DNA from: Guillardia theta CCMP2712
Taxonomy: Eukaryota; Protista; Cryptophyta
Direction of reading: 5' to 3'
NCBI RefSeq assembly: GCF_000315625.1
Contig: NW_005434672.1
Location: 1,239,205-1,303,204, forward strand
DNA length: 64,000 nucleotides
Each line of letters opens with the position of its first letter. The stretch's first letter is position 1. The notes beneath the pieces are model-generated. The model did not search any database, was not told the origin of the DNA, and saw nothing but the letters and a program-made list of their open reading frames with translations. Both the position numbers and the translations under genes were made by a program. Of the stretch, positions 1 through 11,443 are shown in pieces.

Positions 1-202
1 CCTTCTCCTCTCGCTGCTCCAGCTGCTCCTCATCGGCAGGAGAGCTTCGTCTCGTCCTCGTCCTAGACTTCTCGGCAACCTCCGACCAGACGCTCGAGCA
101 GACAGGAGGAGCGAACTGGACTCACTGAGGGTTGAGATAGCTGATGCTAAGAGAGTCCTCAGCAACATCCAGCACTCCTTACTCGACTGTCAGGACTCCG
201 AG

Positions 203-1297
203 TTGCTCTCCTCCACCAGTCCAGCCCCTTCACATGAGCCCAGCTCCCCTTCTGCTGTACCAGCGATCCCTCCAGCTTCCCCCCGCCAATCGCTTTCCAT
301 GGCTTCGGCATCACCTGCTCCATCTTCTCTCTTGTCAGCCCGTCCCCTCAGCCCTTCTCATCCGACGGAGCCAGCCAAGGATCAGTTCCAAGAGTTGCCT
401 CACACAAATTCGTCTTACAGCAACTCTGACTGTGACATCATGGTGAACATCATGACGACAGTGATAGAAGCTGGGGATGAGCTGAAAGAAAAGGCACAAC
501 TCAACGCTCTTGCATCTCTTTCCCGTCTGCAGAGCGCGAGCTTGGGCCAGATCCGAGTATGGTTGTTCACGACATCCTTGTACTGGTCAGAGGTTGCGAT
601 GGGTTTTGGGATTAGAGTGGTGGACAAGTTCGAGACTAACTCAGCGGGCACTCCCATGTTCTCATACCTGTTCCAACATGTTGAGAATGTTGACTTGTGT
701 GCTGTCAAGAGTCGGTTTGTCTTCGATGGGTATGTGAACGGCGACATCATCCTCACGAGTCGAGTGCATTTGACTCTGACTGAAGTCATGCGGAGATGGT
801 CCGGCCCATTGCAATCAGGGGAGCGACAGGGAGTGCTGGTGATAGGAAGGCGTCACAACGTGGAGTATCAGGGGCAGCTGCTGGGAAGCGATCGGGAGGT
901 GGAGGAGCTGGTGGGGTTTGCGGAGATGTTTGAGAGCTACGCCATGGACTACTTCTTCTTCTCGAGAGGCTGGATGAGTTGGAATGACATCCCTAGCTTT
1001 GTGGTGGGCAGGAGAGCCTACGACAACTGGCTGGTGGACCATGCCTTCCACCGCCCGGCCGTCGACCTCATCGATGCCACCGCAAGCATCTTCGCGCTCC
1101 ATCTGACGGGGTCGGACGGCATTCGAGCAGGACACAACAAGGGGAGCGACAACGACCACAACGTGCTGGCAGTGAACCCCTTGACGATGAGCGTGGTCAG
1201 CGAGGTGGAGTGGGATCACGGGACGACAGATCATGCGGGCTACTACACGCAGATGATGGGAGGGCAGGTCTTGATCTACTCGCGCCCGGTGTGGTGA
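203..1297 (+). CDS. Putative glycosyltransferase-like (nucleotide-diphospho-sugar transferase-like) protein; the true start probably lies upstream or outside the window
   Basis: 364-aa ORF with a Ser/Pro-rich stem, then a globular domain with motifs TNSAGTP, YVNGDII (DxD-like), IGRRHN, DYFFF, VVGRRAYDNWL and DATASIFALH. Confidence 0.55.
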   Translation: MLSSTSPAPSHEPSSPSAVPAIPPASPRQSLSMASASPAPSSLLSARPLSPSHPTEPAKDQFQELPHTNSSYSNSDCDIMVNIMTTVIEAGDELKEKAQLNALASLSRLQSASLGQIRVWLFTTSLYWSEVAMGFGIRVVDKFETNSAGTPMFSYLFQHVENVDLCAVKSRFVFDGYVNGDIILTSRVHLTLTEVMRRWSGPLQSGERQGVLVIGRRHNVEYQGQLLGSDREVEELVGFAEMFESYAMDYFFFSRGWMSWNDIPSFVVGRRAYDNWLVDHAFHRPAVDLIDATASIFALHLTGSDGIRAGHNKGSDNDHNVLAVNPLTMSVVSEVEWDHGTTDHAGYYTQMMGGQVLIYSRPVW

Positions 1298-2564
1298 CGT
1301 CAAGAGCGAATGCTCACGTGTACAGTGACGAAGTGGAAACTCGTCGAATAACGTTTTTTACATGTCCAAAAACTCCTCCCCATGCTCACCCTCCATCGTG
1401 ATTGCGTCACTGCGAAGGAGCTTTTTCCTCCATCTCGGAAGGGAGGGGCATGGCGAGCGCATTCCGAGCGATGTTGGAGACATCCATGCAGTAGACTAGC
1501 TGCTTCCACCTGCCAGGTTGTCAGCCATCGCCTTCACCTCCCTGACTTGTCTCACACTCTCGGAAAGTCTTCATGCTGCAAAACCTGGCTAGGAGTCAGC
1601 TGGAAACCTCAGCTTCACATCTCCTCACCGTCTTCGCAAGAGCTTCTCCGTGCGCGCGAGCCGATTCTCTGTGCTCCCTCGACAACATTTTGATCATGCT
1701 TCGACCTGCAGGAGCCTCAACACCACATGCGTTGAAGCTCAGGGAGGCGAGCGAGCAAGGTGGAGTAGAAATGGCACAAGGACAGGAGGGGGGAGAGAGA
1801 GGAACAGAAGGACATACCTGTAGGCGAGGAGACCAGCTCGCGTAAAGAGGACCCAATCTTGTACAGATGCTGAAAGATCGTCAGTTGGGAAGCTACTCGC
1901 AGGTTTCACCTGTTCCCTCTCAGTATCTCCCGGCAACGATCGACGAGACAAGTTGAAGAGCGACGTGACGAAACCTTGCCGGCATGTCAGGCCTCTCACA
2001 AACCCTCTAGTTCACCAGCAGCAAAAATCATCCACAAGGGCCCGGAGTCTTTCGGGTCGATGATGCTCTAGAACATTCCTGTTAGGTCAAGCATACTTCT
2101 TCCTCCCCATCACCTTGAACTTGTCGCAGACCTTTCGGAATCGCGAACTTCCGCTAAGGAGCGTCAGGGTCACTAACCCGAGTCCTTTGACAACCCACAT
2201 CAAACTTGATTCTCCTCGCCTTCCTCCGCACTTACCCCACATATCATTGCTCATCATGCGCCTTCCCGTCATGATTCTCGTGCTAACGTGGAGCCGTCAC
2301 GGTTGATTCCCCTCATGTTTCAGGTTTACCTCACGACAGGATCGACCGTCAGCATCTTTGTGGTGGCGCGTGTGAGGGCCGGAAGGTCTCCGAGCCAATA
2401 TTCATCGCCTGAGCAGTCAACCATCACGGAGAACCCAGCTCCTCCCTCCTCGTCCCCTCTCCTTCCCGCTCTTGCTCCTCTCGTCGCTTACCGACGTTCA
2501 AAATGTTCGCCATTTTCACATCTCCATGTGCTACGCCGCAAGCATGCATACACCTAGCATCGCA

Positions 2565-4379
2565 TTAGTTACTCGCCATCTCTTCCCCTTTGCTCTCCAC
2601 ATCCTCCTCCTCCTCAGGACAAGTGAGATCTAGAGAGACTGACCGCAGCGATTTCCCTATATCTTCCAAGACCTTGATAGCAATATTGCGAGGAGCACCG
2701 GCACGCCACTTGCTTCTGGCGGTCGAGCCGAGATCTCCCTCTGCAAGCTCGAAGACAGAGCACAGGAGGCGGACATTGCGATAACCCTCCTGCCCCTGAG
2801 CGCCTGTTCCCTTCGAGTCTGGGTTGCACAGAACGTCCGCAAGCTCACGGCCTTTGATCCGCCTCGTCCAATCATTCTCTGTCAGACTTTGATTTTCGTT
2901 CTCCGGCACTGGCTCCATGTAAATCGTGTGCCAGAACCAGAGCAGAGGCATCAAGATCATACTGTTCCTCCTCTCTTCGATCGACGACGAGATTAGAATG
3001 CCCCCATTCTGCGACGGTTTCTCTCGTGCTTTGCGCAGCAGTCGATTTCTTTGCTTCACAACATGCTTCGAGAAGGCTTCGACGGTTGGCTCCTGGTAGC
3101 ATCGCACGATTGAAGTCTGATTCCACACCTGCACGGGAACATTCACGCTCATCCCCCGGTCCTCGCGGAAGACAGGAGGAGGCTTGTCTTCCTTCACAGC
3201 GTTGGCTGCCTTCATCCCAAACATGTCAAGGACAAGGTGGAATGCCAACCAAGCAGCAGCATCCAGAGAGCTTCTCATTGGTTCAAGTCGAAACGCGACT
3301 TTGTTCTCTCTGTCCATCAAAACACACGCAAACCCCCCCTTGGAGTGTTCCGGCGGTGTCATATCAGAGCTGTCCTTCGTTGGATCGACAGTAAGATTGC
3401 CACTGGTGTCAGCAGAGCTTCCAGAAATGTTCATGTCTGCCATTTGCGCTCGCCATTCGAGAATTTGTTCCATTCTTGCCTTGAACGCTTCGACCACCTT
3501 ATCGCTGGTACGATCAAGAGCATCTCTCTCCGCATCAAATCGTTTCTGCAGATCTTTCGTCATCGATCCATTCAAGGACATCTTTGATTCTCGATGAGTC
3601 GCCATCAGTTCAGTTATGTTCTTGAGTTGCTCCATCAGCGGTGCTCCATGATCGATGCTGCTGGTGCCCTCAGTCGGAGTTTCACCGCTTGTCGCCTTCT
3701 CCTGCAGTTCACAGTCAATGGCCTGTAGCGAAGCTTCATCACGATGAAACACTTTGCTCAGCCTTGTTGCCTGGAATCAAAATCGTCAAGGGATTCAACT
3801 TCACGATATCTGTACATTCACCTGTCTTAGCGCAGTTTTGGCCATCTTGTTTTGTAAAGCTTCGGCATGGAGGTCAATGGAGACATGGTTGATGTTTCAG
3901 GGATACCTTCCACTGTCTTCTGGACATCATCGCCATCCTCAGCATCGACATTCTTCTTCCTGCATTTCAGCAACTCAGTTTGTATCCCCCCCACGCCAGG
4001 CTCACCTTGGTTGACGTCTTGGCTTTTCCTGCAGATTGAGACCATCCTGAAGCAGAGGAGGGTAAGAGAGCGGCGCATGACACGGAGATGCACTCACGTC
4101 CTTCCTCCGTTTGTTTCTGAGCTTGACTGAATCCGACCCCCCTCGTAAAAGAATAGTACGTGCGCTGCAATATTTGAAATCTGTTCGGCAATCCGGGCTT
4201 GTTCCCTTGGACATGAGCTTCAGTCGCTCTGTGAGCTGTGGAGAGCGATGCAGCAGGTCTAACTCCTTCATGGAAGTCCAGATGCTGCCCGTATGCTCTG
4301 TTATGATCGGTTGCACATTGACTTGAGCAAAAGAACAGGAGCTGAGGATCGCTACCATCAGGGTCGCAGATAAGACCAT
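2565..4379 (-). CDS. Hypothetical protein, probably multi-exon (ORFs 4002-4379, 3827-4093, 2565-3752)
   Basis: 395-aa ORF with a coiled-coil segment; the upstream ORF starts with a hydrophobic signal-like stretch; no family recognised. Confidence 0.4.
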
Positions 4380-5059
4380 ACCTTCGAACTCAACCCGTCC
4401 TCACATCCAGCAGTTCAGTATCTCCATCTCCATATGCCAGGACTGTGTCTCTTAACTGGCCCCCGTTGTTTTCTTCCCTGTCTGCTCCCTCCTTTTGTCG
4501 CACTGCCTCCTCTTTAAGGTATCATAATAGTTCAAGGATCCCACCAGCCCGTGATCTGTGAGCTCTTGCCTCTCCATGAGCTTTCTGTACTTGGTAGAGA
4601 TTCAAGCATTGCTCTCTCCCTCTCTTACACGCCTCCGCCTCTCTCCCTCCGCCTCTCTCCCTCCCTCTTCCGCTCACACAGCTTCCCGCCATCATTCATA
4701 CGGATCCCACCCCTCATCCCCCATCCTACACAAATCTTCACCCTCATACTCATCTTTTATAACCCCATGAATGCACATGCGGACCATGCAGCGAAGGGGT
4801 GAATGATGGCAGGACGCGAAGGGCGGGAAGAAGATTGATAGAGGAGAGGAGGAGAGAGAGAAGAGAGAAACGAGAAGAGAGGGTACGTAAAGGATAGGAG
4901 GAGAGAGAAGAGCCACTTGAGGGGAAGGGGGAGAAGCCATGGGATGTGCACGAGAGGCATGGTGTACTTGTGTTGGGATGTGAGACTGACGTGTCCGCAG
5001 CGGATTCCTCGCCCTCCTGATATCTTTCTTCTTGACTGATCGTTGTTATCGTCAGCTTG

Positions 5060-7535
5060 ACAGTCATGCAAGGTAACAAGACACCTTTCAGTTGCCAAGG
5101 CTCTGATGAGCACGTACAGCAGTGACATTCCCCAAGCCTGACAAGTCGGGGATCCTGGTTTCTCTCGGGTTTTCTCTGGACGGGATGATGCTGACAGGAG
5201 GTGAGTGCTGCTGATGACTGCTTATCCCTCTGAGCTCCTACAAGGCGACAACAATGGTCAGGTTCACGTCTGGATGAACAACGGGCAGCAGAAACAGTCG
5301 TACAGTCAGTGACTAAGTTTCCTCGCTGAGTTTCCTGCAGTTGGTCTCACTTGCTCACGTCAAAAGCTCACAAGGGCGATGTGGTACGACCTCCTGTCCC
5401 GCTTCAACCTCCCCCTTCTCCTCTTCTCGCTCACTCGCCTTCAGGTCAGCTGTGTGTGGTCGTCGTCAAGGAAAAAAGGATTTCATTTCCTCACAGCCGG
5501 GCATGACAAGTAAGGCATGTACACACAACGAGGAGTTTCTGATGGATGAGCTTCTTCAGAGATGTCAAATTTTGGATGTTCAAAGACGGGAGTTACGGTC
5601 AGGCTTGCAACGTCATCGCAACGTTCCACACACAGCACACTGAGCACATCAGCGATTGTGTGTGGTATCTTTATGACCTCCTGTTGACAAGGATCAATTG
5701 ACAAGTTCGTACTTGACAGGAAGGACTTTCGTGGCACAGAACTACTTCTGACAGCAGGAGGTGACTGCAGCGTTCGCATCCATGGCAAGACAGGGCAAGG
5801 GATGTCAGATTGGTCGTGTGTGACAGTCCTCAAAGTAAGAGCAGAATCGTTTCCTCTCGCCTTCGTCCCTCCTCTCCACCTCTCTTCTCTCTGCTCGTCT
5901 TGAGCTGACTGGTTCTCAGGAGCAGAAGGGAAACATTGTAGGCATCGATGTGTCTATCTCAGACGACAACAAGCTGTCGATTGTATCGTCTTCATTCGAT
6001 AAGACGGCTGTCATCTGGAGTTGCTCTGATGACCTTGAGGCTCTTGTGGAGGGCAAGTGCAAGGACGCTGAGCATTGGAGCCTTAAGGTTTTCTGCTCCT
6101 CCTTTGCATGCTCCTCATTCTGTCTTCATGCCCTCGTTCCTCTCTCCTTTGCTCTGACTGATAGACGTGGCAGACCCTCGCTGGCTCTGAAGTGTCGCAA
6201 CATGGCGGCGATCGCCGCGTGAGCTTCTGCCCGACGGACGGGGGGCTGGTGGCGGTGGCGTGCGGGAAGGAAGTGCATCTCTGGGAGGAGTGGGAGGAGG
6301 AGAAGTCACCAGGAAGGAAGTGGGAGAAGACAGCAACATTACAGGGGCACGAGGGATACATTAACTCCTTGAGCTTCCGCGACGACGGGGTCCTGCTGGC
6401 CTCCTGCGATCACATGGGAGGAATCAAGATCTGGTCGAGGTTCTCGGGAAGCGAGAGAGAGGAAGTATGGGGCTGCATTCATGATGTTTCCGACAAACAA
6501 GGAACCTTGTGGAGCTGCTGCTTCGGGACCGCCCGGTAGGACGTTGACCGTGAAGTTTCCCGTCACTGACGATTTGTATAGATCAGCAGCAGTGATTGTG
6601 TTTGCTGGGTTTCAGGGATCTCCAGTCGGATCCGATAGCTCCTCCATCTGTGAGTTGCAGACTGAGAGGATCAGGAGAAATGATTCGAAACTGTTGGACG
6701 TTGCTCGAGGTGTGACGCTGACTACCTCTCCTCCCCACCAGTAGACACCTCCCTCTCTCTTTCTTCCACCATTTCTTTCCTCCTTCTTCCTCTCTCTCCA
6801 ACGTCCTCCCTCCTCCTTGTCCTGCCGCCTCCTTCCTCCCTCTTCCGCCTCGCTTCCTCCCTCTCCCTCGTCTCATACGACTCCGACAGGAGTCTATGAG
6901 GTTGCGAACCTCGTTAAGGCGGAAGGAAACCAGAGGTACAAGGAGGGGCAGCATGAGCGAGCGAAGGAGGAATACTTCCGCTGCCTGTCGCTCTTTCCTT
7001 CCGAGCAAGAAACTGCCAACATCGAGAGCGATGAGCTGAAGGAGGAGCTGAAGGGTCTGAGAGCAACCTGCCACCTCAACCTTGCCGCTGTCTCCCTCCT
7101 CCTCTCCGACTTTCATCTCGCTGAGGAACACTCTTCTCTCGTCCTGCTCGCCGACCCCACCAATCCCAAGGGGCTCTACAGGTAGAGTTGCGCTCCTGCA
7201 TGGTAGGATTCGTGACTTTCCGGCGAACAGGAAGGGGATGGCGCTGCTGGGTCAGGACAAGACGGAGGAAGCGACCAAGTGGATCATGGAGGCTGCCAAG
7301 TACATGCCCGAGGGAGATACGCAGTGCGCGACAGCGTTGCAGCAGGTAAGGGAGGAAAGCAGAAGAGCGGGAGAAGAGCAGAGACGAGGGGGGGCTGTAG
7401 CGGAAGTAGTTACAGCTTCAGGTGCTGGAGCAAGAGCATGAGCATGAGGTCCAACTGAACAACAGAAGTTCTCACACAGTTCGCAGATTGAACACACTAA
7501 AATGTACAACATGTTCGGCATTGGACAGGATGGAA
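5060..7535 (+). CDS. WD40-repeat plus TPR-domain protein (multi-exon, boundaries approximate)
   Basis: WD repeats (SSSFDKTAVIW; LQGHEGYINSLSF...LASCDHMGGIKIW) followed by a TPR (KAEGNQRYKEG...CHLNLAA...DPTNPKGLYR); GT-AG introns between ORF pieces. Confidence 0.6.
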
Positions 7536-7689
7536 AGTTTGCAATCAACGAGCTGTGCTACTCCTCATTGTTCTCTTGTTTGGAGCAGAAAGATGTGAGA
7601 ATCATCTACCTCCTCCTCCTCCTCCTCCTCAATCACCAGCACCACTACTGCCAACTTCCAAATATTCTCTCGTCGTCCTCTGATTTCAG

Positions 7690-8660
7690 TCGCAGAAAAA
7701 AGTGGCAGACGAGCTGCTTTCTGTCCTCCGTGGCATTCATTCCGGGGAACTAGCCCTCACCAAGGACGGGGAGCAGCCTCCCGAGGTTGCGCGAGCTCTG
7801 GACAATCTCGATGCTCTCGTTGGCGATCAGGCGAGAGCTGATCTTCTCATGCCCCTCTACATGGACAAGTTCTCCCTCCTCGACCTCGTTCAGCCCTCTG
7901 CTCCCTTCGGCTGCTTCACTGGCTCCTTCCCCCCCAACCAGGGATGCAGCGCCTTCGCCCTCAGCCATGTGCGACTTCTTCCCTTCAAGGACAAGGAGAA
8001 TGACGGGAGTTTCCAACAGGTCGACCTGACAGGAGCCGATCCTTCTGTCATCGCTGACGCAGGTTACATGGTTCCTCCCGGTCAGTCTCCCATGTCCCTC
8101 CTGTAACGTCCCACTTTTCCTCCACCCCCCTTTTCCTCTCTCCCTTTCACATCCTCCACTTCCTCTATCCTCCTTCATGTCCTCCCTTTACTTCTAGAAT
8201 CTAGCTCAGAGGTTCTCTGTCTCCTCCCTCCCTATCTTTCGCTTCACTCCTTTCCACACTTTTGTGCCCGTCTTGCTTCTAGTGAAGACCTCACAGGTCC
8301 CAAGTGGCCGAAGAACAACGGGTTCCTACGCATCCTGCCGCTGCTCAACTTTCATCGCGTCATCCTCCCTCAGCCGGTGCGTCGAGGGCTGTTCGACTTC
8401 CACTTTCTGATCAAGAGGAGCAGGGCGACCTCGCTGTCTTCACGTGCGGTTATGTCGTAGAGAAGGACAAGGTAAGTCCCAGCTCGCCTCCAGCTCGCCC
8501 TTGCATGCGGGCTGAAGGGAGCATGCAGATCGGGTTCACTAGAGGTCAAGGTTGTCACGTGGGGGTAGTGGTGGAGGTGATTCTGTCTTCCTGCCGTTCC
8601 CGTCGGTTTGAAGACCTTCAGGTGAAGAGCAAGAGCGACGGATCATCCGAGGACGCGGTA
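7690..8660 (+). CDS. Hypothetical protein exons; may be the C-terminal part of the WD40/TPR gene
   Basis: Coding-like exons (7702-8080, about 8297-8471) separated by pyrimidine-rich introns. Confidence 0.35.
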
Positions 8661-9091
8661 ATCCTCTCCTCCTTCCTCTCCCTGCCCCCTCCGTCCTCTC
8701 CTCCTGAAGTCCTCTGCGTGCTCCTAACCTCGCTGTTTTCCTGCCTCTCTTTCTTTGTCACAGCTGACGGCCATGGCATAGATCTGGATCCAGTCGAAAT
8801 TTCAACGCAACCAGGATGTGGCTTATCGTCACAGGATCGACCGTAATTTGCTTTGCTGCAACCCCAGCCCCTCTCAACGTTCCCCAGATCTTCCTCCTCA
8901 CATCTTCGACGTGGCTGGCGGCGGACCGTTTGTCTACTTCTTCCGAAGGAAAACGTGAACATGGCAATAAATACTTATGGATTTCAAAATTTCTTTCTCG
9001 AAAACACACGCTCGACATCATACCTGACACAAAGTACACATCATCAGAGAAACACTGGAAAGAAAGCTTGGCTCGTCCAAGCGACTTTCAC

Positions 9092-9325
9092 TCAAGCAAG
9101 CTCATGCGGCGAAGCATGAGCATCCAATTGTCTGTTCCCTGTCAGAGCTGCATTGAGCTCCTTGGCTTCTTGTCTTCGTGTCTCCCATTTACTCCAGTAG
9201 TAGAGGGTGACAAAGAAAATGATGATCACAGGAATCGATATGAGAAGAGCTGAGACTGACGCTACAAACACGCTCATTTCTTCGGTTGATGTTCTTGTCT
9301 CCAAATTCAGTCCTGTCTTAGTCAC
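9092..9325 (-). CDS. Possible exon of a small single-pass membrane protein
   Basis: Hydrophobic segment SVSALLISIPVIIIFFVTLYYW followed by a charged tail. Confidence 0.25.
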   Translation of the reverse strand: MTKTGLNLETRTSTEEMSVFVASVSALLISIPVIIIFFVTLYYWSKWETRRQEAKELNAALTGNRQLDAHASPHELA

Positions 9326-9350
9326 CTGTCGTGCCTTGCCTTGCCTGATC

Positions 9351-9430
9351 TCTTGTCTTGTCTTGTCTTGTCTTGTCTTGTCTTGTCTTGTCTTGTCTTG
9401 TCTTGTCTTGTCTTGTCTTGTCTTGTCTTG
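9351..9430. repeat. (TCTTG)16 microsatellite
   Basis: Perfect pentanucleotide tandem repeat. Confidence 0.95.
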
Positions 9431-9919
9431 CTTTTTTCTTGGCTGGTTACTACTTCTTCTCGCTTCCTAAGACCTCAATGTATCCTATCCGTACCTTATC
9501 CGTAGTAGGAAGGTGTTCTATGAGGGGATATACATGCGGTGCTATCTGGGTCCTATGATGTGGTTCCAACAAGTACTAGGAAAGGTCTTAGTATCAAACG
9601 TACTACATGGTCCTAGGGTCCTAGAGAGAAGCACCGATGCGTCACTGCTGCAATGCTCCATCATCATATTACCAACTAACGATGCGAGCGAAAGAAGATG
9701 CGAGCGAGGGAAGGAGGAGCAGAGGATGACAATGAGAGAGAAGGAGAGATGAACAAGACGTGAGTGACGGGGAGAAGAGAAGATGGCATATAGTCGAAGT
9801 CCTTGTTTTCGAAAGAGGAAGATGATTGAATATCGTTTACAAGATGCATGATGGTTGAAGAGTGTTAGTAATATCTCACTATCTTTTGTTTTCCAGGAGC
9901 TCAATGAGACGTTGATCCC

Positions 9920-10849
9920 ATGCGAGGTTTCATCTTCAGAGCAGTGGCCTGCCTACTGCTTGCATGCCTTCAGCTTTCAACAGGCTACAAGTCAAACTCG
10001 CAGGGCAACTGGGGTGACGTGCAGCCAAGGTCTTCCTCGCTCAGCTACATCGATCCGGGTCAGGGGAAGCCCAAAGACGATCGACTACTCAACCAAGCGG
10101 TAGACGCGTTCCACCAGGCACAACATCTCGAGTCTGAGCTCAAGAAGAGCGAGCGAGCCGTCAGCCAGCAGACGCATGAGCTCAAGAAGGAGTTGGCAGC
10201 GGCCAAGGCAACCGCTGCCACTACAGGACAGTCGAAGTACTTCCGGAGAGAGGAGCGACTGGACGAGGACTTGATGCGACAGGCAAATCGCGAGACAAGG
10301 CGGGACAAGCGGCTGGTGGCTCAGGCAGATAGGGAGATGAAGAGCGACAAGAAGTTTCTAGAGCAAGCCTACGGCATTACAGACATCGATCACTACAAGG
10401 CCGGCAGAGGTTCTCGCTCCTCCGTCTGTCCCGATCTGAACTGTCACCACGCGAAGGCTTCTGGACTCGCACCTGCTGAGTGTGTGGTGGGGATGGGGAA
10501 GTGCCCTAAGATCCAATGCTATCACTATTACAAGGCCGGCAAGTGCGGAAACAAGGACATTTGCATACAGCCGGAGACTCCGAGCAGCTCGTGTGTACCG
10601 GACAAGAAGAAGTTTGTTCGCAAGCAGTGGTCAAGAAAGACTTGTCCCTCCGTCAGCTGCTCTCAAGCCAAGGCTCTCGGTTACACGCCAGACTTCTGCT
10701 CGGTCTCACAGATGGAAGGACCTTGTCCTCAGATGCAATGCTATCACTACACCGTTATGGGAAGCTGCTTCTCCGCCAATGGGGCAGGTGAGCGACTCAA
10801 GGCACGCAGCTCGAAGCTGACACGGCTACAGCCTCCAATGTCTGTATGA
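9920..10849 (+). CDS. Secreted protein with a coiled coil and tandem Cys-rich repeats
   Basis: Signal peptide MRGFIFRAVACLLLACLQLSTG; two copies of CPxxxCxxAKAxGxxPxxC...GxCPxxQCYHY..GxC; probable intron starting near 10788. Confidence 0.6.
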   Translation: MRGFIFRAVACLLLACLQLSTGYKSNSQGNWGDVQPRSSSLSYIDPGQGKPKDDRLLNQAVDAFHQAQHLESELKKSERAVSQQTHELKKELAAAKATAATTGQSKYFRREERLDEDLMRQANRETRRDKRLVAQADREMKSDKKFLEQAYGITDIDHYKAGRGSRSSVCPDLNCHHAKASGLAPAECVVGMGKCPKIQCYHYYKAGKCGNKDICIQPETPSSSCVPDKKKFVRKQWSRKTCPSVSCSQAKALGYTPDFCSVSQMEGPCPQMQCYHYTVMGSCFSANGAGERLKARSSKLTRLQPPMSV

Positions 10850-11443
10850 AGCCAAGCCAAGCTGATCGAGAGTGCGTTACGTCCATGCGTCTCTCCTCAG
10901 CCGCCCGTGGAGGAGGCTCCCGACGTCGCCGACATGGCTCAGGATCCGGTGAGGAGGAGGAGGAGGAGGAGGAGGAGAGAAATTTGACGCAGTCAAGGTT
11001 GGGGGATGTACAAACTGATGGGCGGGACGACGGGTCTAGTAAGCATCCTCATCTTTATCACTGCCACTGGTAAACGTGAACGGGTGAAGGCTGACTGGCT
11101 AACGTCTGTGCGCAGTCGGTGTCTTCTTCTTTCTCTTCAAGAGGTAACGAGGAGGTGGGAAGGAGAGGAGGGAAGCTCAAGCTTGAGCAGGTATGGCGTC
11201 TCCATGTTCCTGCCAAACCGGAAACCTGTGCCTGTCCCCAAGTACTACGGGCGATTGTAAGCATAACGTCAGAACCAGACGACCGATTTCCTCAAGAGCA
11301 TCCGGGCTGCAGGAGGAGGAAGGAAGAGAAGTTTCCTTCCGCTCTCTTAAAGACGTTGGGGGAATATGATAGTTTCTTCATCAATAATTTTGCTGTCTAT
11401 GATGTCAGTTTTTGCCGCCAATGTCTTGTGGTTGTCTGTCTTG

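Noticed and set aside
1300-2560. Several short overlapping ORFs
   Set aside because: No recognisable motifs or consistent exon chain; left unannotated.
9207-9558. ORFs with LVLSC repeats
   Set aside because: These are translations of (TCTTG)n.
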